NCBI RefSeq assembly: GCF_013911085.1
Contig: NZ_JACERN010000024.1
Span: 66,744 to 98,743, forward strand
Source of the DNA: Aquitalea aquatica
GTDB taxonomy: Bacteria; Pseudomonadota; Gammaproteobacteria; Burkholderiales; Chromobacteriaceae
Reading direction: 5' to 3'
Length of the DNA stretch: 32,000 bases
The notes under the pieces are model-generated. The model made no database searches. It worked only from the letters and a program-made list of their open reading frames with translations, and was not told the origin of the DNA. Position 1 is the stretch's first letter, and the number at the start of each line of letters is the position of its first letter. The position numbers and the translations under genes are program-made. Positions 1 through 9,639 of this stretch are shown here, in pieces.

Positions 1-448
1 TGGTGCTGCCGTGATGGTGGACTGCCTGACCGACAACAAGACCCGTACCGTGGCCGATGTGCGCCATGCCTTCTCCAAGTATGGCGGCAATATGGGTACC
101 GACGGCTGCGTGGCCTTCCAGTTCAGCCATTGCGGTTTCCTGGTGTTTGCCCCGGGCGTGGATGAAGATGCACTGATGGAAGCGGCACTGGAGTGCGGTG
201 CTGAAGACGTGATCACCAACGATGACGGTTCCATCGAAGTCATTACCGGCCCTTACGAGTTCAGCGATGTGAAGCAGGCGCTGGAAGACAAGGGTTTCAA
301 GGCGGAAATGGGCGAAGTCACCATGAAGCCGCAAAATGAAACCGAACTGGCCGGCGAAGACGCCATGCGCATGCAAAAGCTGCTGGATGCGCTGGAAGAT
401 CTGGACGACGTACAGGACGTCTTTACTTCAGCCACGCTGCTGGACTGA
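1..448 (+). CDS. yebC: YebC/PmpR-family transcriptional regulator, C-terminal part (5' end lies outside the window)
   Basis: The frame is open to the window edge. The translated ...[14 protein letters not shown]...[16 protein letters not shown]...MKPQNETEL...[15 protein letters not shown] is typical of the YebC/DUF28 family. A hairpin terminator follows. Confidence 0.88.
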   Translation, partial: GAAVMVDCLTDNKTRTVADVRHAFSKYGGNMGTDGCVAFQFSHCGFLVFAPGVDEDALMEAALECGAEDVITNDDGSIEVITGPYEFSDVKQALEDKGFKAEMGEVTMKPQNETELAGEDAMRMQKLLDALEDLDDVQDVFTSATLLD

Positions 449-468
449 TCTGCTGGTGGACTCACCGC

Positions 469-496
469 AAGGCTTGCCTGCCGGCAAGCCTTTTTC
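469..496 (+). terminator. Rho-independent terminator after yebC
   Basis: 10-bp stem aaggcttgcc (469-478) / ggcaagcctt (483-492) with a 4-nt loop, running into a T-tract. Confidence 0.65.
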
Positions 497-604
497 ATGT
501 CCGCCATCCGCTGTGCATCAACATCGGCAGCCGGGCCGCCACAGTGTAAACTTCAGCCATGCCGGAGTTGTGCGCCGGCTCACCATCCTGCGAAAGAATC
601 AGCC

Positions 605-1900
605 ATGTACCAGAGCCATGCCGAGCGTCGCCGCCGCCTGATGCTGCAGATGGGGGAGGGCATTGCCATTCTGCCGACCGCACCCGAAGTGGTGCGTAAT
701 GCCGACAGCCATTATCCCTATCGCGCCGACAGTCATTTCCTCTACCTGACCGGCTTTGCCGAACCGGAAGCCGTGCTGGTACTGGATGCCGCACAGGGCA
801 GGTCCATCTTGTTCTGCCGTGAAAAGAATATTGAGCGCGAGGTGTGGGAAGGTTTCCGTTTCGGGCCGGATGGTGCACGTGAAGCCTTTGGTTTTGACGA
901 AGCCCACCCCTTGGCCGAGCTGGACCTGCGGCTGCCCGATTTGCTCAGCGGACAGAAGGCGCTGTGGTGGAATGTCGGCCGTGATGCGGCTTTTGACGTG
1001 CGCGTTAACGGTTGGCTGGAGAGTGTGCGCCAGCGCTACCGCAGCGGCGAGCAGCCACCGGCGCTCTATCACGACCTGCGCTGGCCGCTGGATGAGATGC
1101 GCATGGTCAAGGATGCTGGCGAACGCGCCACGCTGCGCCGTGCCGGGCAGGTGTCCGCGCAGGGCCATATCCAGGCGATGCGCTCTACCCGGCCAGGCAT
1201 GATGGAATACCAGGTGGAAGCGGAAATCCTGCACACCTTTATCCGCCACGGTGCACGCTATCCCGCCTATGAAAGCATAGTCGCCGGTGGTGCCAATGCC
1301 TGCACCCTGCACTATGCGGCCAACAATGCGCGGCTGAACGATGGCGAGCTGTTGCTGATTGATGCCGGTTGCGAGCTGAACGGCTACGCCGGCGACATTA
1401 CCCGTACCATTCCGGTCAATGGCAAATTCAGCGCCGCCCAACGTGATGTGTACGAAATCGTGCTGGCGGCGGAACTGGCCGGCATCGCGGCGGTCAAGCC
1501 TGATGCGCTGTGGAATGCCCCTGGTGACGCCGCGCTCAAGGTGCTGGTGCAAGGCATGCTGGATTTGCAGCTGCTGACAGGCACGGTGGATGGCGTGATC
1601 GAATCCGGCGCCTTCCGTCAGTTCTACATGCATGGCATCGGTCACATGATAGGCCTGGATGTGCATGATGTCGGCCAGCGCAAGCTCGGCGGCCAATGGC
1701 GCAGCTACCAGCCGGGCATGTGCACCACCATTGAGCCCGGTCTGTATATCCGCCCGGCGGATAATGTCCCTGTGGCCTTGCACAATATCGGCATCCGCAT
1801 CGAGGACGATGTGCTGGTGACCGAAGACGGGCGCGAGGTGTATACCGCCGACGTACCCAAAGAAATCGACGAAATTGAAATACTGATGCAGGGCGTCTGA
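605..1900 (+). CDS. pepP: Xaa-Pro aminopeptidase (aminopeptidase P)
   Basis: Collinear with E. coli PepP as I remember it: SHYPYRADSHFLYLTGF, GYAGDITRTIPVNGKF, HGIGHMIGLDVHD, IGIRIEDD. I moved the start to ATG 605 (MYQSHAERRRRL) because the 36 upstream codons of the tracked ORF are not protein-like. Confidence 0.93.
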   Translation: MYQSHAERRRRLMLQMGEGIAILPTAPEVVRNADSHYPYRADSHFLYLTGFAEPEAVLVLDAAQGRSILFCREKNIEREVWEGFRFGPDGAREAFGFDEAHPLAELDLRLPDLLSGQKALWWNVGRDAAFDVRVNGWLESVRQRYRSGEQPPALYHDLRWPLDEMRMVKDAGERATLRRAGQVSAQGHIQAMRSTRPGMMEYQVEAEILHTFIRHGARYPAYESIVAGGANACTLHYAANNARLNDGELLLIDAGCELNGYAGDITRTIPVNGKFSAAQRDVYEIVLAAELAGIAAVKPDALWNAPGDAALKVLVQGMLDLQLLTGTVDGVIESGAFRQFYMHGIGHMIGLDVHDVGQRKLGGQWRSYQPGMCTTIEPGLYIRPADNVPVALHNIGIRIEDDVLVTEDGREVYTADVPKEIDEIEILMQGV

Positions 1901-1902
1901 AC

Positions 1903-3108
1903 ATGAAAGCTACAGACAAGCAAACTGGTCGCACTGGACACTGTGCTGGCCATGATGGTGGCGAGCATGCCGACATCATCATTGTGGGTGGTGGACCGGT
2001 AGGTGCGCTGGCCGCGCTGCGTTTTGCCGCAGCAGGTCGCCGCGTACTCTTGGTAGAGGCCAGGGCCAAGGATGCACCGCTGACCGACGCCCGCGCACTG
2101 GCGCTGTCCTGGCATAGCCGGACGGCACTGGCCGCAGCCGGTGCCTGGCCGGATGATTTGCCGGCCAGTGTCATCGACACCGTTCATGTCTCGCAGCAAG
2201 GGGCATTTGGCCGCACCCGGCTGGATTGTGCCGACCTGAAACTGCCGCACCTGGGCGTGGTGGTGGATTACCCTGCGCTGACGCTGGCTATCAATGCCCA
2301 GCTGGAGCAGGCCGGGGTGCAGGTATGGTGGCAAACCCGAGTCGAAGCGGTAAACAGCCTGGGCTGCTATGCCTCGGTGAAAACCAGCGGTGTGCATGGC
2401 GATATCAGCCTGACCGCCCGGCTGGTGGTACTGGCCGAGGGTGGTGCACTGGCTGACAGCCTGCCGGGTATCAAGCGGCTGGTGCATGATTACCAGCAAT
2501 GCGCGGTACTGGCCGAGGTCACTACCGAGCAGCCGCCGGCCGGCATTGCCTACGAACGCTTCTCGAAGCAAGGCCCATTTGCCCTGCTGCCGCATGGCGA
2601 CCACTACATGCTGGTGTGGACCCGTAGCCACGACGATGCAAAAGCCCTGCAACAAGCGTCCGACGAACAGGTGATGGCCGAGCTGCAACAAGCATTTGGC
2701 GAGCGCCAGGGCAAGGTGCTGGCGATCGGCCCGCGTGCCAGTTTTCCGCTGGCACTGCGCCAGGTCAACCGTGTTAGCAGTGGCCGGGTAGTGCTGATCG
2801 GCAATGCTGCGCAGACCATGCATCCGGTGGCGGCGCAGGGTTTGAATCTGGGCCTGCGCGATGCCCTGGGCCTGGCCGATGCACTGGACGGCATCAGCGA
2901 CCCGGGCGACGCCGCAGCCCTGGCGGTCTATGCCGCCAGCCGCAAGCTGGACAGCCATGCCGTGGTCGGCTTTACCCATGGGCTGATCAAACTGTTTGAC
3001 GGCGATTCCACCCTGGTCAGCGCCCTGCGCGGAGCCGGCATGAGCGCGCTGGACAGCGTGCCGCCGCTGCGGCGTGCCTTTGCCCGCCATCTGGTCTTCG
3101 GGCTATAG
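1903..3108 (+). CDS. ubiH: FAD-dependent ubiquinone-biosynthesis monooxygenase (UbiH-like, 2-octaprenyl-6-methoxyphenol hydroxylase)
   Basis: GxGxxG dinucleotide fold (IIIVGGGPVG) and LIGNAAQTMHPVAAQGLNLGLRD, the UbiH/UbiF/VisC/COQ6 signature. It sits directly after pepP, as in the E. coli pepP-ubiH-ubiI operon. Confidence 0.8.
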   Translation: MKATDKQTGRTGHCAGHDGGEHADIIIVGGGPVGALAALRFAAAGRRVLLVEARAKDAPLTDARALALSWHSRTALAAAGAWPDDLPASVIDTVHVSQQGAFGRTRLDCADLKLPHLGVVVDYPALTLAINAQLEQAGVQVWWQTRVEAVNSLGCYASVKTSGVHGDISLTARLVVLAEGGALADSLPGIKRLVHDYQQCAVLAEVTTEQPPAGIAYERFSKQGPFALLPHGDHYMLVWTRSHDDAKALQQASDEQVMAELQQAFGERQGKVLAIGPRASFPLALRQVNRVSSGRVVLIGNAAQTMHPVAAQGLNLGLRDALGLADALDGISDPGDAAALAVYAASRKLDSHAVVGFTHGLIKLFDGDSTLVSALRGAGMSALDSVPPLRRAFARHLVFGL

Positions 3109-3118
3109 AAAGCACTTC

Positions 3119-4267
3119 ATGACACAGTACGACGTGATCATCGTGGGCGGCGGGCTGGTCGGTGCCAGCCTGGCGCTGGCGCTGGCCGGTAGCGGCAAGA
3201 AAATTGCCCTGCTGGAAGGATCTGCCGCCCGCTTCGCTGACCTGGAGCAGGGCTGGGATGCGCGCATCTACGCCGTCAGCCCGCTCAACCGCCGTTTTCT
3301 GGAGCAACTGCAGGCCTGGCCGGACATGACACGTATCGGCACCATCGCCAGCATGGATGTGCGTGGCGATGCCGGTGGCCGCATCCAGTTTGCCGCCAGC
3401 GATGCCGGAGCCAGTGCGCTGGCCTGGATTGTGGAAAACCGCTGGCTGCTGGCCAGCTTGTGGCAGCGGCTGGCCAGCAGTGGCGTCGACTGCTTTACCG
3501 GCGTGCGGCCGCAGGCTCTGGATACCACGGCTAGCTCCGCCAGTCTGAGCCTGGATGATGGCCGAGTGCTGCACAGCAGGCTGGTGGTGGGCGCCGACGG
3601 TGCTAATTCCTGGGTGCGCCAGCAGACTGGTCTTGCCGCCAGCATCAAGCCCTATGGCCAAAGCGGCGTGGTGGCCAATTTTGCCTGTGAAAAACCGCAT
3701 GGCGATATCGCACGCCAATGGTTTACCGGCGACAGCATTCTGGCTTGGCTGCCGATGGCGGGGAATCGTATTTCCATGGTGTGGTCCAGCCCGCGCCCGG
3801 ATGAGCTGATGGCCCTTTCCGGTGAGCAGTTATGCGCCCGTGTGGCGGCAGCTGGCGATCACCAGTTGGGCCATCTGAGCCTGCTGGGTCCGGCGGCCGC
3901 TTTTCCCTTGCGGCTGATCCAGCCCGCAGCCGTGGTGAGCCAGCGGCTGGCGCTGGTGGGGGATGCTGCCCACACTGTGCACCCGTTGGCAGGGCAGGGG
4001 GTCAACCTGGGCTTTCAAGACGCCGCTCAACTGGCCTCCATGCTGGCCAACGCCAACGATGCCGGCGACTGGATGCTACTGCGCCGCTACGAACGTTCAC
4101 GCCGCGAAGCGGTGAGAACCATGCAATTTACCTGTGACAGCCTGTACCGGCTGTTTCACACCGAACACCTGCCGGGATTGTCGTGGTTGCGCAATACCGG
4201 CCTGACGCTTACCAACCGGCTGACACCGCTGAAGCGGCAGTTTGCCCGTCACGCCATTGGCTTCTGA
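3119..4267 (+). CDS. Second UbiH/UbiF/UbiI(VisC)-family FAD-dependent ubiquinone hydroxylase
   Basis: MTQYDVIIVGGGLVGASLA and LVGDAAHTVHPLAGQGVNLGFQD. The start is set at ATG 3119, since the tracked ORF start at 3074 overlaps the ubiH 3' end. The exact hydroxylation step cannot be assigned from sequence. Confidence 0.78.
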   Translation: MTQYDVIIVGGGLVGASLALALAGSGKKIALLEGSAARFADLEQGWDARIYAVSPLNRRFLEQLQAWPDMTRIGTIASMDVRGDAGGRIQFAASDAGASALAWIVENRWLLASLWQRLASSGVDCFTGVRPQALDTTASSASLSLDDGRVLHSRLVVGADGANSWVRQQTGLAASIKPYGQSGVVANFACEKPHGDIARQWFTGDSILAWLPMAGNRISMVWSSPRPDELMALSGEQLCARVAAAGDHQLGHLSLLGPAAAFPLRLIQPAAVVSQRLALVGDAAHTVHPLAGQGVNLGFQDAAQLASMLANANDAGDWMLLRRYERSRREAVRTMQFTCDSLYRLFHTEHLPGLSWLRNTGLTLTNRLTPLKRQFARHAIGF

Positions 4268-4282
4268 ACCCGAGGAATCTGA

Positions 4283-5020
4283 ATGAACACTACCGTAAAA
4301 GCCCTGGCGCTGGCCGCCTCCATGCTGCTGAGCCTGAGCGCTTGCAATGCCAATGCCACCCCTAGCAGCAGCGAGCAAGTACAAAAAGCCTTCACCACCC
4401 GCTTCCCCACCCGTGAAGTACTGAGTGTGAAAGAAACCCCGGTCAAGGGCGTGTATGAGGTGGTGGTGAAGGGCAAGCAGATTGTGTATACCGACGCCGA
4501 GGCCAAGTACCTGTTTGTCGGTGACCTGATCGATACCGAAGCCAAGTCCAGCCTGACCGAAAAGAAAATGGCCGAACTGAACCGTGTCGACTTCAACAAG
4601 CTGCCGTTCAAATACGCCATCAAGGAAGTACGCGGCAACGGTTCCCGCAAGCTGGCGGTGTTCACCGACCCGGACTGCCCGTACTGCAAGCAGCTGGAGC
4701 GTGAGAGCCTGCCGGACATCACCAATGTCACCATTTACACCTTCCTTTATCCGCTGGCCCAGCTGCACCCGGATGCCCCGCACAAGGCACGCCAGATCTG
4801 GTGTTCCAAGGATCGTCTGGCTACCTGGACTGCCTTCATGCGTGATGGCAAGGAGCTCACTGGTACTGACAAGTGCGATACCAGCGCCCTGGACAAGATC
4901 GAAGCCATGGGTGACGAACTGGGCATTTCCGGCACGCCGGGCCTGATCTTTGGCAATGGCCGGCTGGTACCGGGTGCCATCGCCAAGGACGACATCGAAA
5001 AACTGCTGGATGCCAAGTAA
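4283..5020 (+). CDS. dsbC: DsbC/DsbG-family periplasmic thiol:disulfide interchange protein (possible lipoprotein)
   Basis: Signal peptide with lipobox-like LSLSAC. Thioredoxin-fold active site FTDPDCPYCKQLE and C-terminal GTPGLIF. GAGGAA RBS upstream of ATG 4283. Confidence 0.8.
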   Translation: MNTTVKALALAASMLLSLSACNANATPSSSEQVQKAFTTRFPTREVLSVKETPVKGVYEVVVKGKQIVYTDAEAKYLFVGDLIDTEAKSSLTEKKMAELNRVDFNKLPFKYAIKEVRGNGSRKLAVFTDPDCPYCKQLERESLPDITNVTIYTFLYPLAQLHPDAPHKARQIWCSKDRLATWTAFMRDGKELTGTDKCDTSALDKIEAMGDELGISGTPGLIFGNGRLVPGAIAKDDIEKLLDAK

Positions 5021-5035
5021 ACACAACAGGGGGCT

Positions 5036-5842
5036 GTGGCGCGTTTCATGAAGCTGCCTACCGGCCTGCGCTGGATGCCGGCCCAGTGGCGCTGGGCCGC
5101 ACTTTCTGAGGGTGACCGCCTGCTGCTGGTGCTCAGCCTGTCCTTGCTGCTGCACCTGCCGCTGTTTCTGCGGTTGACGCATGAGGGCAGCCTGCACGGC
5201 CAGCCGCTGGCGATGTCGGTACGGCTAGGGCAGTCAGCCCGGCAGCCTACGCCCGCGCCAAAAGCCAGCCGGCCGGCCACACCTGTTACGCTGGCCAGCC
5301 AGCCCAAGTCTCCTCCACACCATCAGGCCAAACTCTTGCTGGCTCCGGCCAGCAAGACGCGGCTGGCGCAGGCGGCGAGTGCTGCCGTGGCCAGTGCGGC
5401 GGTGCCGTCGCCTGTGCAGCCGGAGCAGGTCGCAACCCCTGTTCAACCATCTCCGCCAAATACCAGCCAGCTGCTGGTAAGCAGCCCTGCCAGCGCGTCC
5501 GCGGATGATTCTGCCGGTGCACAGCGACTGGGGCTGGATTTTTACTATGCCGCGCGCCAGCTGGATGTGCTGGCGCTGGAGCAGCTGCCTATCCAGCTGG
5601 TCGAGCCCTATGGTATTGGCATGGATGATGTCGAGGTCAATCTGCGGGTATATATCAATGAGCAAGGCGGGGTGGACGCGGTACAGCTGGTGTCGGCACG
5701 GCCAGCCGGGGTAGAGGAGCCGCTGCTGGAAGTATTCCGCCAGGCGCACTTTTATCCGGCGATCCGCGATGGTCGCCCGGTCAAGAGTTTCAAGGTGATC
5801 CGCATCGGCCCGCAAAGTGATGGCGTCCTGCCGGGCAACTAA
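5036..5842 (+). CDS. Membrane-anchored Pro/Ala-rich protein with a TonB-like C-terminal domain
   Basis: One N-terminal TM segment (LLLVLSLSLLLHLPLFL), then a long P/A/S-rich linker. The C-terminus VNLRVYINEQGGVDAVQLVSARPAG...FRQAHFYPAIRDGRPVKSFKVIRI resembles TonB_C. Start is GTG 5036 or ATG 5048. No exbBD nearby. Confidence 0.6.
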   Translation: MARFMKLPTGLRWMPAQWRWAALSEGDRLLLVLSLSLLLHLPLFLRLTHEGSLHGQPLAMSVRLGQSARQPTPAPKASRPATPVTLASQPKSPPHHQAKLLLAPASKTRLAQAASAAVASAAVPSPVQPEQVATPVQPSPPNTSQLLVSSPASASADDSAGAQRLGLDFYYAARQLDVLALEQLPIQLVEPYGIGMDDVEVNLRVYINEQGGVDAVQLVSARPAGVEEPLLEVFRQAHFYPAIRDGRPVKSFKVIRIGPQSDGVLPGN

Positions 5843-6004
5843 GCCGCCAGCGCGGGGCAAGCAGCAGCGCCTGTTTCGTGCTAAATTCAGCCATCCCGGC
5901 ACAGCCGGGAGCCGGGTCGGCAGCGTCAGGCAGCCGCCCGTGCCAGTACAGCGGAACATACCGCTCCTATTACCCAATTACGAAGTAATCACGAAGGAAG
6001 AAGC

Positions 6005-6265
6005 ATGTCTGATCTGAATGCACTGTTCACCCAAGCCCAGGCCGATGTCACCTCGCTGTCCGAGCGTCCGGACAACCAGACCCTGTTGCAGCTGTATGCG
6101 CTGTACAAGCAAGCCAGCGAAGGCGATGTCAGTGGCGAGCGCCCGGGCATGATGGACTTCATCAACCGCGCCAAGCACGATGCCTGGGACAAGCTCAAGG
6201 GCATGTCCAGCGATGAAGCCAAGCAAGGCTATATCGACGTGGTACAAAAGCTGCTGGCTGAGTAA
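6005..6265 (+). CDS. Acyl-CoA-binding protein (ACBP family)
   Basis: 86 aa. LLQLYALYKQASEGDV...PGMMDFINRAKHDAW matches the ACBP signature (YKQA..GD....P......KW.AW). AGGAAG RBS. Confidence 0.9.
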   Translation: MSDLNALFTQAQADVTSLSERPDNQTLLQLYALYKQASEGDVSGERPGMMDFINRAKHDAWDKLKGMSSDEAKQGYIDVVQKLLAE

Positions 6266-6302
6266 CAGCCGCTGCTGCCAGCGCTAGCTGGCGTGAATCA
6301 GA

Positions 6303-6336
6303 AAAACCGCTGAACCCTTACGGGCAGCGGTTTTTT
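6303..6336. terminator. Bidirectional intrinsic terminator between convergent ACBP and HD-domain genes
   Basis: Stem ccgctg(6307-6312)+ccc / ggg+cagcgg(6325-6330), flanked by an A-run (6302-6306) and a T-run (6331-6336). Confidence 0.7.
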
Positions 6337-6427
6337 CATGTGCTGGGCTTATAGCCGCTAACAAAAAACCGGCTGCTGCGTTGCGCCTCCTTGCCCCAGA
6401 GACGCTACGCTATTTTGTTAGCTGGGC

Positions 6428-6988
6428 TTAGCGCTTGCTCTGCGCAGCGAGGTGCGCAGCCATCACCGGCCACAGCCATTCCACTTGTTGCAGTTGCCAG
6501 CCGCCATCCTTGGCCGCTTCATCCAGCCGGCGCAGCAGCAGGATGTCGTGCAGATCGGGCTGGCGGGCAAATGCCTCCACTTCGGCGGCGCTCATCGGGC
6601 CGCCCTGATAAGCCAGGGTGGCGGTGCTGGCGCTGGACAGCTGTTGCAGATAGGCCGGGTCGATGGCGCACAGGTAGCGCTTGGCCGCAACATGCATGCC
6701 AACCAGCCGGGCGACCCGGGCGGAGAAGCCCAGCGCCAGCAGGTAATCGGCACCCAGCCTGTCGTGGGCCTGCACGCCGTACTCGCCCATTGCGGCGGCA
6801 CCGTCGTGTTCCAGCAGGTGGCCGACATCGTGCAGCAAGGCGGCAAGTTGTATTTCTTCGTCACAGCCCCAGTCGCGGGCCAGCGTGGCCGCCTGTATGG
6901 CATGGTCGGCCTGGGTGATGGCTTCGCCATAGTGCTGCTGGCCGTGTTCTTGCAGCAGGCGGCGCAGGGTGGCGATGGTATCTGCCAT
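6428..6988 (-). CDS. HD-domain protein of the type associated with phosphonate-degradation operons (Phn-HD / PhnZ-like fold)
   Basis: MADTIATLRRLL...QLAALLHDVGH...HDRLGADYL...MHVAAKRYL. It has a GGAGGG RBS, and its ATG (6988-6986) overlaps the phnM stop TGA (6990-6988) as ATGA. The 494-aa tracked ORF is an artefactual upstream extension through phnM. Confidence 0.8.
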   Translation of the reverse strand: MADTIATLRRLLQEHGQQHYGEAITQADHAIQAATLARDWGCDEEIQLAALLHDVGHLLEHDGAAAMGEYGVQAHDRLGADYLLALGFSARVARLVGMHVAAKRYLCAIDPAYLQQLSSASTATLAYQGGPMSAAEVEAFARQPDLHDILLLRRLDEAAKDGGWQLQQVEWLWPVMAAHLAAQSKR

Positions 6989-8136
6989 CAGAATACCCTC
7001 CGTCCGCCATTCCATACCTGCTGCACCAGCGGTACTTCCGGGTGTGGTCGCACCTGCAGCAGGTCGGCACGCAGGCCGACGGCGATCCGGCCGCGGTCGC
7101 TCAGCCCTACTGCTTGGGCCGGGTTGTGGCTGACGGTGGCAATGGCCTGCGGCAGGCTCCAGCCGGCCTGTGCCACCAGCAAATACGCCGCGTGCAGCAG
7201 GCTGGCGGGTACGTAGTCGGAGGACAGGATGTCCAGCAGGCCGTGTTGCGCCAGTTCCAGCGCGGCGACATTGCCGGAGTGCGAGCCGCCACGCACTACA
7301 TTGGGTGCGCCCATCACCGTGTGCAAACCATGCTGGCGTGCAGCCTGGGCCGCTTCGCGCGTGGTGGGGAATTCGGAAATCGCCACGCCGTCCTGCACGG
7401 CCTCGCTGATGTGGGACAGGTCGGTATCGTCGTGGCTGGCCAGTGGAATGCCATGCTGGCGCGCCAGTTGCACCACAGCCTGCTTGTGCTGGCCGGCATA
7501 GCGCTGCTGCATGCGCTGGCGCTCGCTGACGGCCTCCAGGAAGGTCTGCTCGTTCCAGCCGACTTTCTTCTTGCCGTAGTACTTCTTGTATTGCTCGATA
7601 TCGCGATACTGGCGCTGGCCCGGGGTGTGGTCCATCACCGAGATCAGGCGCACGGCGGGATGGCTGATCAGCGGCTGCAATTCTTCCAGCAGGCCGGGAT
7701 AGGCCAGCTCGCAGCGCAGGTGGAACAGGTGGTTGGCGCGGAACACACCTTGTTCCATGCCCAGGTTGATGGCGGCAAAGGCGGTGTGCAGGGTATCGAG
7801 CCGTACGCTTTCGCCTTCGAGGTCGCCCACGGCCAGCGCGTCGAATACCGTGGTGATGCCGGCAGCCGCGCACTGGGCATCGTGAGTGACCACGGCCGGC
7901 AGCATGGGCCACAGCACACCATTGCGCGGCATCAGGTGCTTTTCCAGATTATCGGTATGGATTTCCACCAGGCCGGGTAGCAGGTCATCACCGTGCAGGT
8001 CTTCACAAGCGGGCGTATCCGGCGGCAGCGGCTGTTCATGCACGGCGCTGATCAGGCCGTTGTCGATTTCCAGCGCGCCGCGCTCGATGATGCGGTCGGC
8101 CAGGATCAGGCGGGCATTGTTGAGGATGGTTTTCAT
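6988..8136 (-). CDS. phnM: Alpha-D-ribose 1-methylphosphonate 5-triphosphate diphosphatase PhnM (amidohydrolase fold)
   Basis: MKTILNNARLILADRIIERGALEIDNGLI...LVEIHTDNLEKH...SHDD...SSDY match PhnM motifs. Last canonical gene of the phnG-M block. Start at ATG 8136. Confidence 0.93.
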   Translation of the reverse strand: MKTILNNARLILADRIIERGALEIDNGLISAVHEQPLPPDTPACEDLHGDDLLPGLVEIHTDNLEKHLMPRNGVLWPMLPAVVTHDAQCAAAGITTVFDALAVGDLEGESVRLDTLHTAFAAINLGMEQGVFRANHLFHLRCELAYPGLLEELQPLISHPAVRLISVMDHTPGQRQYRDIEQYKKYYGKKKVGWNEQTFLEAVSERQRMQQRYAGQHKQAVVQLARQHGIPLASHDDTDLSHISEAVQDGVAISEFPTTREAAQAARQHGLHTVMGAPNVVRGGSHSGNVAALELAQHGLLDILSSDYVPASLLHAAYLLVAQAGWSLPQAIATVSHNPAQAVGLSDRGRIAVGLRADLLQVRPHPEVPLVQQVWNGGRRVF

Positions 8137-8159
8137 CGGGCTTCTTTCGCAATCGGGGC

Positions 8160-8861
8160 TCAGGCACACAGGGCAGGAGCCAGCGGTACATCGAAAATGC
8201 GGCTGGCGACGGCGGTGCGGGTGTCTTCATCGTGGAAGATACCCACCAGCGCCGCACCGCGCTGGCGGGCTTCCCGCATCAGTTCGACCACGACGGCGCG
8301 ATTGGCCGCATCCAGCGAGGCGGTCGGCTCATCCAGCAGCAGGATGGGGCGGGGGGCGATCATGCCGCGGGCGATATTCACCCGCTGCTGCTCGCCGCCA
8401 GAAAACGTGGCTGGTGGTAGCTGCCACAGCCGCTCGCCGATATTCAGCCGCGCCAGCCATGCGCCGGCCTGCTGTTGGGCTTCCTGCATCGAGTAGCCCC
8501 ATTCCAGCAGCGGTTCGGCCACGATGTCCAGGGCCGATACCCGTGGAATCACCCGCAGGAACTGGCTGACATAGCCCAGGGTGTGGCGGCGCACGGAGGC
8601 GATTTCATGGGGTCGGGCGGTGGTCATGTCTACCCAGCTGCCCTGGTGGTGGATGCGGATGCTGCCACCCCCTACCAGATAGTTGGCGTACAGCGCCTTG
8701 AGCAGGGTGCTTTTGCCGGCACCGGAAGGACCAGTCAGTGCCACGCATTCGCCTGCGGCCACTTGCAGCGAGACATCGGCGAGCACGGGCAAGGCCAGCC
8801 CATCCTGCTGGTGCAGGACAAAGGTTTTGCTCAGCTGTTGAGCATCGATCAGTAGCTTCAT
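8160..8861 (-). CDS. phnL: C-P lyase system ATP-binding protein PhnL
   Basis: ABC ATPase with Walker [10 protein letters not shown], signature FSGGEQQRV and Walker [12 protein letters not shown]. Position is between phnK and phnM. Start at ATG 8861. Confidence 0.92.
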   Translation of the reverse strand: MKLLIDAQQLSKTFVLHQQDGLALPVLADVSLQVAAGECVALTGPSGAGKSTLLKALYANYLVGGGSIRIHHQGSWVDMTTARPHEIASVRRHTLGYVSQFLRVIPRVSALDIVAEPLLEWGYSMQEAQQQAGAWLARLNIGERLWQLPPATFSGGEQQRVNIARGMIAPRPILLLDEPTASLDAANRAVVVELMREARQRGAALVGIFHDEDTRTAVASRIFDVPLAPALCA

Positions 8862-8865
8862 GATT

Positions 8866-9639
8866 TCAGGCCTGCAAAATGGAGGACACCAGCAACTGGC
8901 TGTAGGGGTGTTGCGGATCATCCAGAATCTGGTCGGTCAGCCCGGCTTCCACTACCCGGCCCTGCTGCATTACCAGCGTGCGCTGCGCCAGCAACCGCGT
9001 CACGCCCAGATCGTGCGTCACCATGATGACGGCGATGCCGGTATCGTGGACGAGTCGGCGCAGCAGGTCGAGAAAGCGCGCTTGTACCGAGACATCCAGC
9101 CCGCCGGTGGGTTCATCCATGAACACCAGTCGCGGCTGGGTAACTAGGTTGCGGGCGATCTGCAAGCGCTGCTGCATGCCGCCGGAAAAGGCCGTGGGGC
9201 GGTCGTCCAGCCGCTCGCGGCTGATTTCCACTTTCTCCAGCCACTGGGCGGCGGTTTCGCGCAGCTGGCCGTAGTGGCGCTGGCCCAGTGCCATCAGCCG
9301 CTCGCTGACATTGGCTCCGGCCGATACATTCATGCGCAGGCCGTCGCGGGCGTGCTGGGTGACAAAGCCCCACTCGCTGCGTGCCAGCCGGCGGCGCTCG
9401 GCTTCGGCCAGGGTGGTCAGTTCATGGCTGCTGCCAGCGCGGTCGCGAAAGCGTACGCTGCCGGCATCGGCGCTCAGGCGGCCGGCCAGGGTGGAGAGCA
9501 GGGTGGATTTGCCCGAGCCGGACTCACCGACAATGCACAGCACCTCGCCCTCGTACAGTTCGAAATCAATGTCAAAGCAGCCTTGCCCGTTGCCATAGTC
9601 CTTGGCCAGGCCGCTCACGCTCAGTACTGGCTGGCTCAT
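8866..9639 (-). CDS. phnK: C-P lyase system ATP-binding protein PhnK
   Basis: [37 protein letters not shown]. Its start ATG overlaps the phnJ stop (ATGA at 9636-9639). Confidence 0.93.
   Translation of the reverse strand: MSQPVLSVSGLAKDYGNGQGCFDIDFELYEGEVLCIVGESGSGKSTLLSTLAGRLSADAGSVRFRDRAGSSHELTTLAEAERRRLARSEWGFVTQHARDGLRMNVSAGANVSERLMALGQRHYGQLRETAAQWLEKVEISRERLDDRPTAFSGGMQQRLQIARNLVTQPRLVFMDEPTGGLDVSVQARFLDLLRRLVHDTGIAVIMVTHDLGVTRLLAQRTLVMQQGRVVEAGLTDQILDDPQHPYSQLLVSSILQA

Noticed and set aside
6342-6430. Direct repeat GCTGGGCTTA (6342-6351 and 6421-6430) and 10-bp inverted repeat GCTAACAAAA/TTTTGTTAGC (6355-6364 / 6412-6421) downstream of the HD gene.
   Set aside because: They are short, with a 47-nt unstructured spacer. 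No coding potential or known RNA motif is evident. This is most likely a remnant or chance repeat near the bidirectional terminator.
6428-7912. 494-aa ORF in the track that would span the HD gene and most of phnM.
   Set aside because: The upstream 307 codons are an out-of-frame read-through of phnM with Arg/Pro/Gly-rich nonsense. A good RBS plus the ATG at 6988 (ATGA overlap with the phnM stop) gives a normal 186-aa HD-domain protein.
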